Virus record (IMG/VR): IMGVR_UViG_3300012664_000274
Location: 1-46,927 of that record
Origin: a virus
Taxonomy: Duplodnaviria > Caudoviricetes
Length of the DNA stretch: 46,927 bases
Strand: one strand, 5' to 3'
Shown here piece after piece: positions 10,041 to 18,375 of this stretch (its first letter is position 1; every line of letters begins with the position of its first letter). The notes under the pieces are model-generated. The model saw only the letters and a program-made list of their open reading frames with translations. It had not been told where the DNA came from and did not search any database. Both the position numbers and the translations under genes were made by a program.

Positions 10041-10914
10041 ATGGATATTCCATTCCACTTTTAAACATATGAATCGATTCAAAATATAAATCAATTCTTT
10101 GTTTCCAGTCAGTTTGCCAAGGAAATATAAATCCACTTCTTTTACTAGAAATAACTTTAGAAACTACTTCTTTATTATGTTGAATGTTTTTATACTTTAA
10201 ATTTCTATAAACTGGTGAATATATCATTGAAAAAACATCACCCCATTTACTTAATACAGAAAATGGTTTTTCTTTTAATGATGCTATCAATCCAAACTCA
10301 CTATTATAAGATGTCCATAAAGATTTAGAACTATTTAATAATTGAAAACCACTTACAGTTTGATCAATAACTCGACCTGGCCATTTTTCTTTAATATCAT
10401 TAGCAGACTTATCAGTTATTACTGGATGTAATTTAATCATAGCTAAAGGATTATCAACTAATGCTTCATCTAACTTTTCCCAATCTATAGAATGAAATAA
10501 GTTTGATCCTGGTAAAAATACAATATGATCGTATTTAGAACTCGGCGTTTCTAAAATATATTTGTCATTCAATTTTTCTAAAAGAGTGTCGCTGATATCA
10601 CCTTCTTTATCTTGTGATAAAATTGCATCAACATTTCTACAATTTATTTCAGCATTTCTAGTACTAATTAATATTCCACCCATAGAATCGTGATATGAAA
10701 TTGCATTTACGACATCATTAACGACTTTAGTATTATCGTTACGTGGCGGAACTCCACCAATTAATGGACCAACATTATACTTGCATGTCAATTCATACTC
10801 AGCACACTTTTTTATAATATACGTTTCTATTTCTAAAAATGTAGACTTATCATACAGCGGAATATTACTTCCTATTCTAGATTCATTTGTCCATTCACTG
10901 TCAATTGTGTTCAT
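10033..10914 (-). CDS. GT-B fold glycosyltransferase-like protein (KpsS/KpsC capsule-synthesis-like)
   Basis: VFLPGS...MIKLHP...LLNSSKSLWTSYNSEFGLIASLKEKP matches the KxHP and ll..s..v.T.nS..GleA...gKP pattern of CMP/CDP-donor GT-B enzymes. Confidence 0.55.
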   Translation of the reverse strand: MNTIDSEWTNESRIGSNIPLYDKSTFLEIETYIIKKCAEYELTCKYNVGPLIGGVPPRNDNTKVVNDVVNAISYHDSMGGILISTRNAEINCRNVDAILSQDKEGDISDTLLEKLNDKYILETPSSKYDHIVFLPGSNLFHSIDWEKLDEALVDNPLAMIKLHPVITDKSANDIKEKWPGRVIDQTVSGFQLLNSSKSLWTSYNSEFGLIASLKEKPFSVLSKWGDVFSMIYSPVYRNLKYKNIQHNKEVVSKVISSKRSGFIFPWQTDWKQRIDLYFESIHMFKSGMEYPYV

Positions 10915-11510
10915 TATATTTTACCTACGTATGTTATTAACCATGTACTATAATTTATAGTAGTTGTGTGCGATGTAGTTTTTGTACCGATATTGTTCGT
11001 TGTATCTTGATAGTTTGTAATAAACGAAGTTGTTGCACTTGTAGTTTGTGCAGTTGACCAACTTGTATTTTGAGAAGTAGTTTGACTATATATCGTAGAG
11101 TAACTAGTTGTGCCTGACCAAGCAGTTGTATAATAAGTCAAGTATGAAGTAGTTCCATAAACGTAACCACCTTTAGTTTGACCAATTATCGTAGAGTTAG
11201 ATGTAGTATGACTTGTAGACCGACTATAAGAAGTAGTATTACTTGTAGTTTGATTATACGACGTAGTAAAACTTGTTGGTGCTGATGTAGTAAGATTAGT
11301 ACTCCAACTTGTTAAATTACTAGTTGTATTGCTTTTTGCTGTTGTAGCAGATGTAGAGAAATTAGTGCTATATGATGTAGTAAACGTAGTTGTACCACTA
11401 TGCAACCACTTTTTCCATAGAACTTGGTTATTTAACTTTAACTCAAATAATTCATTACCATTAAGATAAATGTTTTGTATTTGCGATAAATCTACCTGTT
11501 GTTGTGCCAT
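10914..11510 (-). CDS. Thr/Ser-rich low-complexity repeat protein, probably virion-associated
   Basis: Short N-terminal IYLNG.EL..LKLNNQVLW domain, then ~160 aa of T-S-x-x repeats around a central GQTKGGYVYG turn. Confidence 0.7.
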   Translation of the reverse strand: MAQQQVDLSQIQNIYLNGNELFELKLNNQVLWKKWLHSGTTTFTTSYSTNFSTSATTAKSNTTSNLTSWSTNLTTSAPTSFTTSYNQTTSNTTSYSRSTSHTTSNSTIIGQTKGGYVYGTTSYLTYYTTAWSGTTSYSTIYSQTTSQNTSWSTAQTTSATTSFITNYQDTTNNIGTKTTSHTTTINYSTWLITYVGKI

Positions 11511-11518
11511 GTATATCC

Positions 11519-11761
11519 TTATGTGGTAATATACAGACTAGTTCCAGACACAGTGAACGTAGGAATAGATGGTTTATTAGTAATGTTCGCCCAATCAACA
11601 GGTGAACTAGATCCACTATTAGATCCACCACCGCTTGCAACAGTTTGCACGGCTTCAGCAACAGCTTCTTGTTTTACAACAACTTTATCATTATTTAACT
11701 TAGTTTTAAATGTTGCAATTGCTGCGGTTAGTCGTTGTAATTTACTAGTTTTTAAACCCAT
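11519..11761 (-). CDS. Small fibre-like protein
   Basis: VDWANITNKP fibre motif, C-terminal FTVSGTSLYITT; AGAGG Shine-Dalgarno upstream. Confidence 0.6.
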   Translation of the reverse strand: MGLKTSKLQRLTAAIATFKTKLNNDKVVVKQEAVAEAVQTVASGGGSNSGSSSPVDWANITNKPSIPTFTVSGTSLYITT

Positions 11762-11773
11762 AATAGTACCTCT

Positions 11774-12145
11774 TTAAGGTGTAGATAACGCTTCAATTTG
11801 TGCGATAATATCATCTATCATTGCATCAACTTCAGTCTTAGTATAATAACTTGATAAGTCTACAGACTCGCTTCCGCCGCCAGAAACATAGCCAGTTGGA
11901 CGTGCTAAAATGCGCACTATAACTTCATCATTTAATGATAACGCAGATGTAAATGTTAATGTGTTATCAGAAATTGTATAATCTGTAGTAGGTGCTTGCA
12001 TAACATCATTAACTAATACTATACAAGCATTTACTGTTGTAGATGTACTAAGTACTACTGCAGTTTGACCACTAGTAGCAGTGAATGTATCTACTAGTAA
12101 ATCTACAGTAGTAAACGCACTAGTTGGAATTTTATTAATTGCCAT
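11774..12145 (-). CDS. Small tail-fibre-associated protein
   Basis: FTATSGQT...VLVNDVMQAPTTDYT...TLTF module and a DLSSYYTKTEVD fibre motif. Confidence 0.65.
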   Translation of the reverse strand: MAINKIPTSAFTTVDLLVDTFTATSGQTAVVLSTSTTVNACIVLVNDVMQAPTTDYTISDNTLTFTSALSLNDEVIVRILARPTGYVSGGGSESVDLSSYYTKTEVDAMIDDIIAQIEALSTP

Positions 12146-12147
12146 AT

Positions 12148-12609
12148 TTATACCAATGTGTCAAAACGAGCTGTGCGAATCACTGTATTATTTGATGCAG
12201 GTGTAGCAAGTAATCTCACATTACCACCATTAATGTCTGCATCTAATGTAATCAGTGCACTAGCGCCAGTGTAAACTGTGGAATATTCTGTCATATAAAC
12301 GTCAGTGCCATCATGGATAACCATAACCTCTGTCATATGATATTGTGAACCACGTGTTGCTTGTACAATATACTTTGCACTTCTAATTTTAGTAACGCTG
12401 AATGTGTCTACAATCTGATTAGCATCTGTAGTTGATGCTGTATAAATTGCACGAGTCCAATCTGAAACTGGAACAACAGTGTTATCAGATTTTTTAAGAA
12501 AGACTTTGCCATCAACTGTGTTAATTGCCAATTCGCCATCGACTAATGCACCAGACGAAGGTATTGCACCTTCGACGACTGATCTTTTAAACTGAAGCAC
12601 TGTTGCCAT
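12148..12609 (-). CDS. Virion structural protein
   Basis: N-terminal QFKRS......P....L.DGELAINT.DGK.F motif and a C-terminal RSAKY.VQ...E...IHDGT...TEY domain common in T4-like fibre proteins. Confidence 0.7.
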   Translation of the reverse strand: MATVLQFKRSVVEGAIPSSGALVDGELAINTVDGKVFLKKSDNTVVPVSDWTRAIYTASTTDANQIVDTFSVTKIRSAKYIVQATRGSQYHMTEVMVIHDGTDVYMTEYSTVYTGASALITLDADINGGNVRLLATPASNNTVIRTARFDTLV

Positions 12610-12613
12610 CTAA

Positions 12614-12823
12614 TTACTCTTCTGGTTTATTCTCTACTGAAGAACTTGTAAAACCATCAGCAGGTTTATCTTGTTCTGCTACTTGTTTTTCTAATTCTTC
12701 GATTTGTGTTTTTGCAATTTGCAATTGCGTCTCTAACATAACGATTTTATTTGTCAAGTCAGAAATTGCGCGTTGTTGGCGCTCGATGTATACGTTAACA
12801 AATTGTTGTTGATCAACTTTCAT
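12614..12823 (-). CDS. Small coiled-coil protein
   Basis: Heptad-rich ISDLTNKIVMLETQLQIAKTQIEELEKQV; GGAG Shine-Dalgarno upstream. Confidence 0.65.
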   Translation of the reverse strand: MKVDQQQFVNVYIERQQRAISDLTNKIVMLETQLQIAKTQIEELEKQVAEQDKPADGFTSSSVENKPEE

Positions 12824-12835
12824 AATATCTCCAAT

Positions 12836-12869
12836 AAAATAATAGACCTGTCACTATTTATGACAGGTC
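12836..12869 (-). terminator. Hairpin/terminator with an embedded late-promoter-like CATAAATA
   Basis: Perfect 9-bp stem GACCTGTCA (12845-12853) / TGACAGGTC (12861-12869) with a 7-nt loop, followed on the minus strand by TATTATTTT. Confidence 0.6.
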
Positions 12870-12882
12870 CCAAAAGCAATTT

Positions 12883-14676
12883 TTAGTATGTACCGCAGTC
12901 GATGTGACCGAATGATGGAACACCAGAACCATTCATCTGTAACACTTGACCAGTTACACCATAAACACTTGTTGAATCTTCGTTATAGAATACAACATTA
13001 CCAGAACCATTAACACCCATCACTGATGTGTTTAGATAGTTGCCTGATGTAAATGTCATGCTATCAATTAAAGCGTTACTGAACTTAACGTTTGCTGCAG
13101 CACCAGAAATAACTTCAGAAGCATTTGTCGCATCTTCAATAAATGTGAAGCGAGCTGCAGATGCATCGTAACCGAAGAAACCTTGTTTAGCGTCAGTACC
13201 ATCATGCCATTGGAACAAGATGCCCTTATCCATGCCATCAGGAGCAGATAAAGCAGTATCACCACCAAGGATGAAGATCGGATCATCAACCGTCACAACT
13301 GTAGAGTTAACGGTTGTAGTTGTACCGTTGATTGTCAAGTTACCTTCGATAACAACTGAACCAGCAGAACCTGTTGGGTTTGGATCCAAGTACATAACAC
13401 CACCAGTAGTTGTACTGATTGTGTCACCGAGAATCTTGATCTTACCAACTTGCAATGGAATAGATGTGTCTGTGAAGACCATTCCATTTTCATCAAGGTT
13501 TACACGCTTGATACCATCAGTGTAGAATTCTAAGTCGTTATTGTTTGCACCTGGAGATGTTTCTGCACGAATGAATGTATTTTGGTCAACGTCGATAACA
13601 CCACCAAGACCTGTCCAATTAGAACCATCATACGCTTCATATCGTAGATCTGTTGTGTTATAACGAATCATACCGGCAACCGGTGTGCCTGGGCGTGATG
13701 CTGTATTACCAACTGGAATCTTAACAGCTGTTGCTGAGTTGATGTTTGTTACACCAAGAGCATTAGGTTCAAAGTTAATATCACCATTGCTATTTGTAGC
13801 AGCGATAGTGTTACCATTGATGTTTAAGTTATCAATGTCTGCAGAACCAACTACGTCTAAATCACCAACAAGCACTAAGGTGTTTGTATTCGTGTTGAAT
13901 TGGAAATTGCCTGAGTCAACTAATTCACCGTTTGTACCAGCGAATGTAACACGACCTGCAGTTAGATCTTCAACGTTTACTGAAGCCAATGTAGATTGAC
14001 CATCAACATTTAATGTACCAACGATTTGTGTGTTACCTGTTGCATGAGCAACGGTAAACTTGTTAGTACCTAAGATGAATGATGTACCATCAAACGTCAT
14101 GTTTGCTGAGTCAACCAATTCACCATTTGCACCAACGTAAACTAAACGTGTTGCAGTTAGGTCTTCTACATTTAATGATGCAAGAGTTGATTGGCCATCA
14201 ACATTTAGTGTACCAGTTGCATGAATATCACCAGTATGTTCTAATAGACCAGACAATGTAAGATTCGTAGCAGTGAAAGTGATATCACCTAATGTATTTA
14301 GGTTAATATCACCTGTACCATTTGCAGTTACATTGATATCACCATTCGCATTAGTAGATGTAAGACTGTTACCATCTAAACGTAGATTGTCTACGTTGAA
14401 GATGTCAATCTTGCTATTCGAATCGACGATTAAAGCTGATGACGCAGTTAGTGTACCTGGCGTATGGTCTAACTTACTTGTGAAGTATGTACCACCGATA
14501 ACTTCGATATTTGCAGCTGCACCAGTTTGTGAATCTTCTGTACCTGTACCAATATATAGACGTTCACCACCATTTGATAGTGTGCCCGTTAGGTAAGAAT
14601 ATGCTAACTCACCAGTGGCAAGCGCGGATGGTGAACCGCTTACGCCCGAGTTCTTGATTTTAATAATTGTACTCAT
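12883..14676 (-). CDS. Tail-fibre/virion structural protein
   Basis: N-terminal IKIK.S......P..L..GELAY, repeated DNL.I.GN.I..TN.NGDI motifs, IPVGNTASRP..GMIRYNT, GNLTINGTTTTVNST...VDDP, C-terminal IDCGTY. Confidence 0.78.
   Translation of the reverse strand: MSTIIKIKNSGVSGSPSALATGELAYSYLTGTLSNGGERLYIGTGTEDSQTGAAANIEVIGGTYFTSKLDHTPGTLTASSALIVDSNSKIDIFNVDNLRLDGNSLTSTNANGDINVTANGTGDINLNTLGDITFTATNLTLSGLLEHTGDIHATGTLNVDGQSTLASLNVEDLTATRLVYVGANGELVDSANMTFDGTSFILGTNKFTVAHATGNTQIVGTLNVDGQSTLASVNVEDLTAGRVTFAGTNGELVDSGNFQFNTNTNTLVLVGDLDVVGSADIDNLNINGNTIAATNSNGDINFEPNALGVTNINSATAVKIPVGNTASRPGTPVAGMIRYNTTDLRYEAYDGSNWTGLGGVIDVDQNTFIRAETSPGANNNDLEFYTDGIKRVNLDENGMVFTDTSIPLQVGKIKILGDTISTTTGGVMYLDPNPTGSAGSVVIEGNLTINGTTTTVNSTVVTVDDPIFILGGDTALSAPDGMDKGILFQWHDGTDAKQGFFGYDASAARFTFIEDATNASEVISGAAANVKFSNALIDSMTFTSGNYLNTSVMGVNGSGNVVFYNEDSTSVYGVTGQVLQMNGSGVPSFGHIDCGTY
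13900..14215 (-). repeat. Internal duplication (~41 aa x2) in the 597-aa fibre
   Basis: GTLNVDGQSTLASLNVEDLTATRLVYVGANGELVDSANMTF versus GTLNVDGQSTLASVNVEDLTAGRVTFAGTNGELVDSGNFQF; coordinates approximate. Confidence 0.8.
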
Positions 14677-14678
14677 GC

Positions 14679-14903
14679 TTAGTACTTGCCTCCGATGATT
14701 TTTGTTTTGCTACGTGGATGATCGACTTCTGATTTAAGAACAAACTTTGCAGTTTGCTCATCATATACCATCATCGCACCGTCTTCTAGTTGTGTTGCAT
14801 CAATATCAGTAAGATCCAGTAAGCTCATGGATTGAATACCAAGAGCCATTGTTTTTACCTTGATTGACTTGTTTGTATTAAGTCTTACCTTTAAATCAGC
14901 CAT
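14679..14903 (-). CDS. Small virion-associated protein
   Basis: L.DLTDID...L.DGAMMVYD....KF fibre motif; C-terminal IIGGKY echoes the IDCGTY end of the next gene. Confidence 0.6.
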   Translation of the reverse strand: MADLKVRLNTNKSIKVKTMALGIQSMSLLDLTDIDATQLEDGAMMVYDEQTAKFVLKSEVDHPRSKTKIIGGKY

Positions 14904-14908
14904 GTGAT

Positions 14909-15247
14909 TTACCTCGTTACTCTAGCAGTTACTGTAACCTGTCCTTCAACCACTCGAATAACAGGAACGCCTGACGTGTGTACAATTTCAACGTCATAAA
15001 CATAACGACCTGGTTTCATTGACGCCGTTTGTGTTGGTGTCAACTCAATCTTGATTTTGCCTTGACCTTGAGAAGTCAATTTTGTACATGCAAAAGCATA
15101 TGACGTAGAGGATGTATAAGTTCTACGAACTTGTCCTCGTACGGTATAATTTGTAAGATCTAAAGCGTTTCCGACTGTATCTTCTACGGTAATCGTAGAA
15201 CTAAAATCAGATCCTTGATCCATGATTAAATTTGCAACAATTGCCAT
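14909..15247 (-). CDS. Conserved T4-like virion structural protein (BppU N-terminal-like Ig fold)
   Basis: NL..DQG.DF...DLT.YT...QVR...G.I...LT..QT.....GRYVYDVEI......RVVEG...V...VT. Confidence 0.7.
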   Translation of the reverse strand: MAIVANLIMDQGSDFSSTITVEDTVGNALDLTNYTVRGQVRRTYTSSTSYAFACTKLTSQGQGKIKIELTPTQTASMKPGRYVYDVEIVHTSGVPVIRVVEGQVTVTARVTR

Positions 15248-15280
15248 TGAAAATTCTTTATAAAAAGGTTGTTCTGGCTT

Positions 15281-15288
15281 TATTTATA
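15281..15288 (-). promoter_or_regulatory. T4-type late promoter TATAAATA
   Basis: Exact motif overlapping the DUF3050 stop codon, upstream of the structural genes that resume at 15247. Confidence 0.7.
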
Positions 15289-16036
15289 TAACTTGCTGTT
15301 CAATGGCATCAAATAGTTGAATTCTGGCATCAATAGCTTTAATTGCTGCTTGCTCAGCCTCATGGATTAAAAATGGATCGTTTTTACAGAAATATTCTAC
15401 CAGTTTCTCTGACATTGGTCCATGATCTTCTCCATCAACCTCAATGTGACGTTCTAGATAGTAATAAAACTTTGGAGCATTTAATCGTGACATCTGGGTT
15501 TGCTTAAGTACTCGCTTAAACATTGCAGGGATTGCAGTCTCACGTCCATAGCAAAATGAAGCGGCCGCGCAATGAGGACCTTTGTAGATCGCGTCAAATG
15601 TGGTATTCACAAATGGCTCAACAACTTCAGGGGCAAACCAATGAACACCATGCTTTTCAACCTTGGCGAGATATTCTCTAATCAAAGATGTATCTGCACC
15701 AACCTCCATCATGGCTTGGAGGTACAAGTCAAAGTGGCTAATTGGACTTCCATCTTGGCCAATATCAGATTCTTCACACAACACAATTTCATTGATGGTT
15801 CTAGCAATTTCAGATCTAGTGCCAGAGGTAGGCAACCACAATCTACCAGATGGAACCACCTCATGTTGTATGGATTTTAATAAACTCATGAAGTCCCATA
15901 CTGCAAATACATGGTACTTCATAAATGTTCTTAGATCATCCATGTTCTGAATAACAGTTGTATTCAATAATGGATGTGCATTTAATGCATCTTGGCGTTC
16001 TTTAATTTTACTTAGGTTTAATTTCATCGATGCCAA
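15284..16036 (-). CDS. DUF3050 family heme-oxygenase-like (putative diiron) oxidase
   Basis: FM..HVFAVWDFMSLLK, INEIVL.EESD, SHFDLYL.AM..GADT, GRE..IP.MF, YYLERHIEVDG..HGP. Confidence 0.85.
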   Translation of the reverse strand: MASMKLNLSKIKERQDALNAHPLLNTTVIQNMDDLRTFMKYHVFAVWDFMSLLKSIQHEVVPSGRLWLPTSGTRSEIARTINEIVLCEESDIGQDGSPISHFDLYLQAMMEVGADTSLIREYLAKVEKHGVHWFAPEVVEPFVNTTFDAIYKGPHCAAASFCYGRETAIPAMFKRVLKQTQMSRLNAPKFYYYLERHIEVDGEDHGPMSEKLVEYFCKNDPFLIHEAEQAAIKAIDARIQLFDAIEQQVI

Positions 16037-17321
16037 TTTCCAATAATTCTACAGGACTTCCAAATAATAATGCAAATGATTGCTGTTGGATTGCAGAGAA
16101 CCAAATCTTTTCAACTCTACAATTATGCATGAATACTTCATCTGGGAATTTAATTGGACAACTAGACTTACATAGTCTACGCACAGGACATGTATAGCAA
16201 TGCTCATTCTTTCTGTCCAAGTCTAATCCAATAATCTTAATCCCTTTAATATCATTGATATGACCGCCATTAAACTTCTCAGACGTATGCGGACACAATC
16301 TAATATTACCACGAATGTCGATCGATAGAATATCAGCAGAGTCTGCACCACAACTTGATACCATTGTAATAGGGATTTGATGACGTGTCAAACCCGCATA
16401 TTTTAGAACACCAGTATCATTATCAATAATATTGGTATTTAGAATTCTATCACCAGTGGTTTTGATCTGTTCAATTCCAGCAACAATAAAGTCATTGACG
16501 ATCTTCTTAAACTTAGGTAAATCATCACCTTTAATTACATGTTCTGCAGAGTTTTTACTATCGCTGTCATCATATACACGTGCAGGAATATAACTCATAC
16601 GCACATGTTTCAATTCGAATGTATCTGCAACATCTTTAAAGTAATCATTGATTGCAAATAAGTCATAGTTTGTGGCAGATACAACGCAGTTGAAACTATA
16701 TTGCACCTTAGGATGCATATCATCTAATTGTTTTAATGTATTAACAACTGATGCTTTGTCAAAGATATTCTCACCTCTGAGTGTTTCATGACCTGGTCCA
16801 TCGTGAGATATACCCATCATCACAGAGGCTTCTAATGTTTTAAAGAAGTCGACGTGCTTTTGACGTAATGGAGAACCATTAGTCGAAATATAGAAATGTC
16901 TATTAGGTGCATCTAAAAATTTCATGATTGGGACGATATCATTCCAATATAAGAATGGTTCACCACCCCAAAGTTCGATGCGCTCTAAATCAGATAAGTC
17001 CAAATTATTTTTAACAGATTCGATAAATGATTCTAGCCAGAAGTTTTCTGGTCTTTCATCTGGATTACCAATATCTTTTTGCATGCAATACGTGCATGAA
17101 TAATTGCATGCATGACCTAATAGAATACGCATAGCGACAGGTCTATTGGTTTTATGTGTTACACCAAATAAGTTTTGCGAATTAGCATTCTCGAAATATT
17201 CCTGACCTTCCTTTGGAGGAAGTGACATTAATTCACCGCTCTCATTATAGATGCTATTGTCTTCAGTTTTATAATAAAAAACTGTGTTACTATTTGTGAC
17301 TTTAAATTTACTGTATGGCAT
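16008..17321 (-). CDS. Radical SAM/SPASM-domain protein
   Basis: CNYSCTYC, WGGEP, STNGS, ISHDG; C-terminal CGA...IDIRGNIRLC and CYTC.....CKSSC...C; probable start MPYSKF at 17321. Confidence 0.9.
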   Translation of the reverse strand: MPYSKFKVTNSNTVFYYKTEDNSIYNESGELMSLPPKEGQEYFENANSQNLFGVTHKTNRPVAMRILLGHACNYSCTYCMQKDIGNPDERPENFWLESFIESVKNNLDLSDLERIELWGGEPFLYWNDIVPIMKFLDAPNRHFYISTNGSPLRQKHVDFFKTLEASVMMGISHDGPGHETLRGENIFDKASVVNTLKQLDDMHPKVQYSFNCVVSATNYDLFAINDYFKDVADTFELKHVRMSYIPARVYDDSDSKNSAEHVIKGDDLPKFKKIVNDFIVAGIEQIKTTGDRILNTNIIDNDTGVLKYAGLTRHQIPITMVSSCGADSADILSIDIRGNIRLCPHTSEKFNGGHINDIKGIKIIGLDLDRKNEHCYTCPVRRLCKSSCPIKFPDEVFMHNCRVEKIWFSAIQQQSFALLFGSPVELLEIGIDEIKPK

Positions 17322-18375
17322 TATTAGACTCAATCAAGGGGATTACATTATCACTGACATTAAACAAACCATATTTAGTTTGTGTCCAACCGTCTTCTAC
17401 TAATTTATAAAAGAACCTGGACTTAGGTGGGATCATCACTGCTGGGATAAAATTAAAATTTGGATTCACAATATAGTTTTGTGTTTCCTCGTAATAATCT
17501 TTGAAATGTGCATGTTCTGCTTGATCTTTCCATAGACCATATTTAACTTGCTTACGTCTAACTAAACTGTATAAAAACGCTTGCATATTAATTTCATTGC
17601 AAAACGTAAAGAATGGTTCAGCTTCAATATTTGCAGAATCGTCACATGAATAATAGAAACGATCATAGTGCAATTGAATAGATTCACGATAAATCTGTTT
17701 AATTCCAGTGTCTGAGTTTTCAACCCATGTATTCTGATATTCTGTCCAATCGTGGTTTAATATCTTTCTATCAGGACTTCTGAAGTCATGGATAACACAA
17801 TTATTTAAACCAAGTTGATTGACCCATTTAATAATCTCTTCGAATACTTCTGGGTGGCCACAGTCAACATACTTTACTTTCTTAACACCATATCGTTCGT
17901 GCAGTTCTTTCACTGCAGATAATACTTTTTCTGCACCTGTATGCTTGATAAAATCAGTGCTAATACCAATATCTGCTACACCAGCAAGATTCAATTCTTT
18001 TAATCGTAGCAATCTAAAGATAGCATTATCAGTTACACAGATATGGAAACGATGTGCATTTTCTTTATACCATGCATATTGTTTAGGGTGATTATATTTT
18101 AAGAAGTAGAGGTCTTCATTAGTTCTAAGTTCCATGAAATAATCAAAGAACTTATTCCAGATTGGTTCCATCTTTTCAATATTATCATCGAAGATGGATA
18201 ACGGTTTTACTTGTTCAAGTTTGTCTTTAATATAACAAACCTTGCACCCAGCATCACAGTAATATCTTCGACCCAAACTAAAATAAATGTCATATTGCAA
18301 TGAATGCAATGCATCTTCTTTAAGCCAATATTCGCCTAAATTTTCATATGTGTCAAAGTTATTACCGTCGTTCAT
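17308..18375 (-). CDS. Divergent radical SAM-like protein
   Basis: CDAGCKVCY fits CxxxCxxC near the N-terminus, but no GGE motif or SPASM Cys set is recognisable. Confidence 0.6.
   Translation of the reverse strand: MNDGNNFDTYENLGEYWLKEDALHSLQYDIYFSLGRRYYCDAGCKVCYIKDKLEQVKPLSIFDDNIEKMEPIWNKFFDYFMELRTNEDLYFLKYNHPKQYAWYKENAHRFHICVTDNAIFRLLRLKELNLAGVADIGISTDFIKHTGAEKVLSAVKELHERYGVKKVKYVDCGHPEVFEEIIKWVNQLGLNNCVIHDFRSPDRKILNHDWTEYQNTWVENSDTGIKQIYRESIQLHYDRFYYSCDDSANIEAEPFFTFCNEINMQAFLYSLVRRKQVKYGLWKDQAEHAHFKDYYEETQNYIVNPNFNFIPAVMIPPKSRFFYKLVEDGWTQTKYGLFNVSDNVIPLIESNNAIQ

Noticed and set aside
12145-12152. Exact TATAAATA on the minus strand
   Set aside because: It is formed by a stop codon, a 2-nt gap and the A of the next ATG, so a transcript would start inside the gene; probably coincidental.
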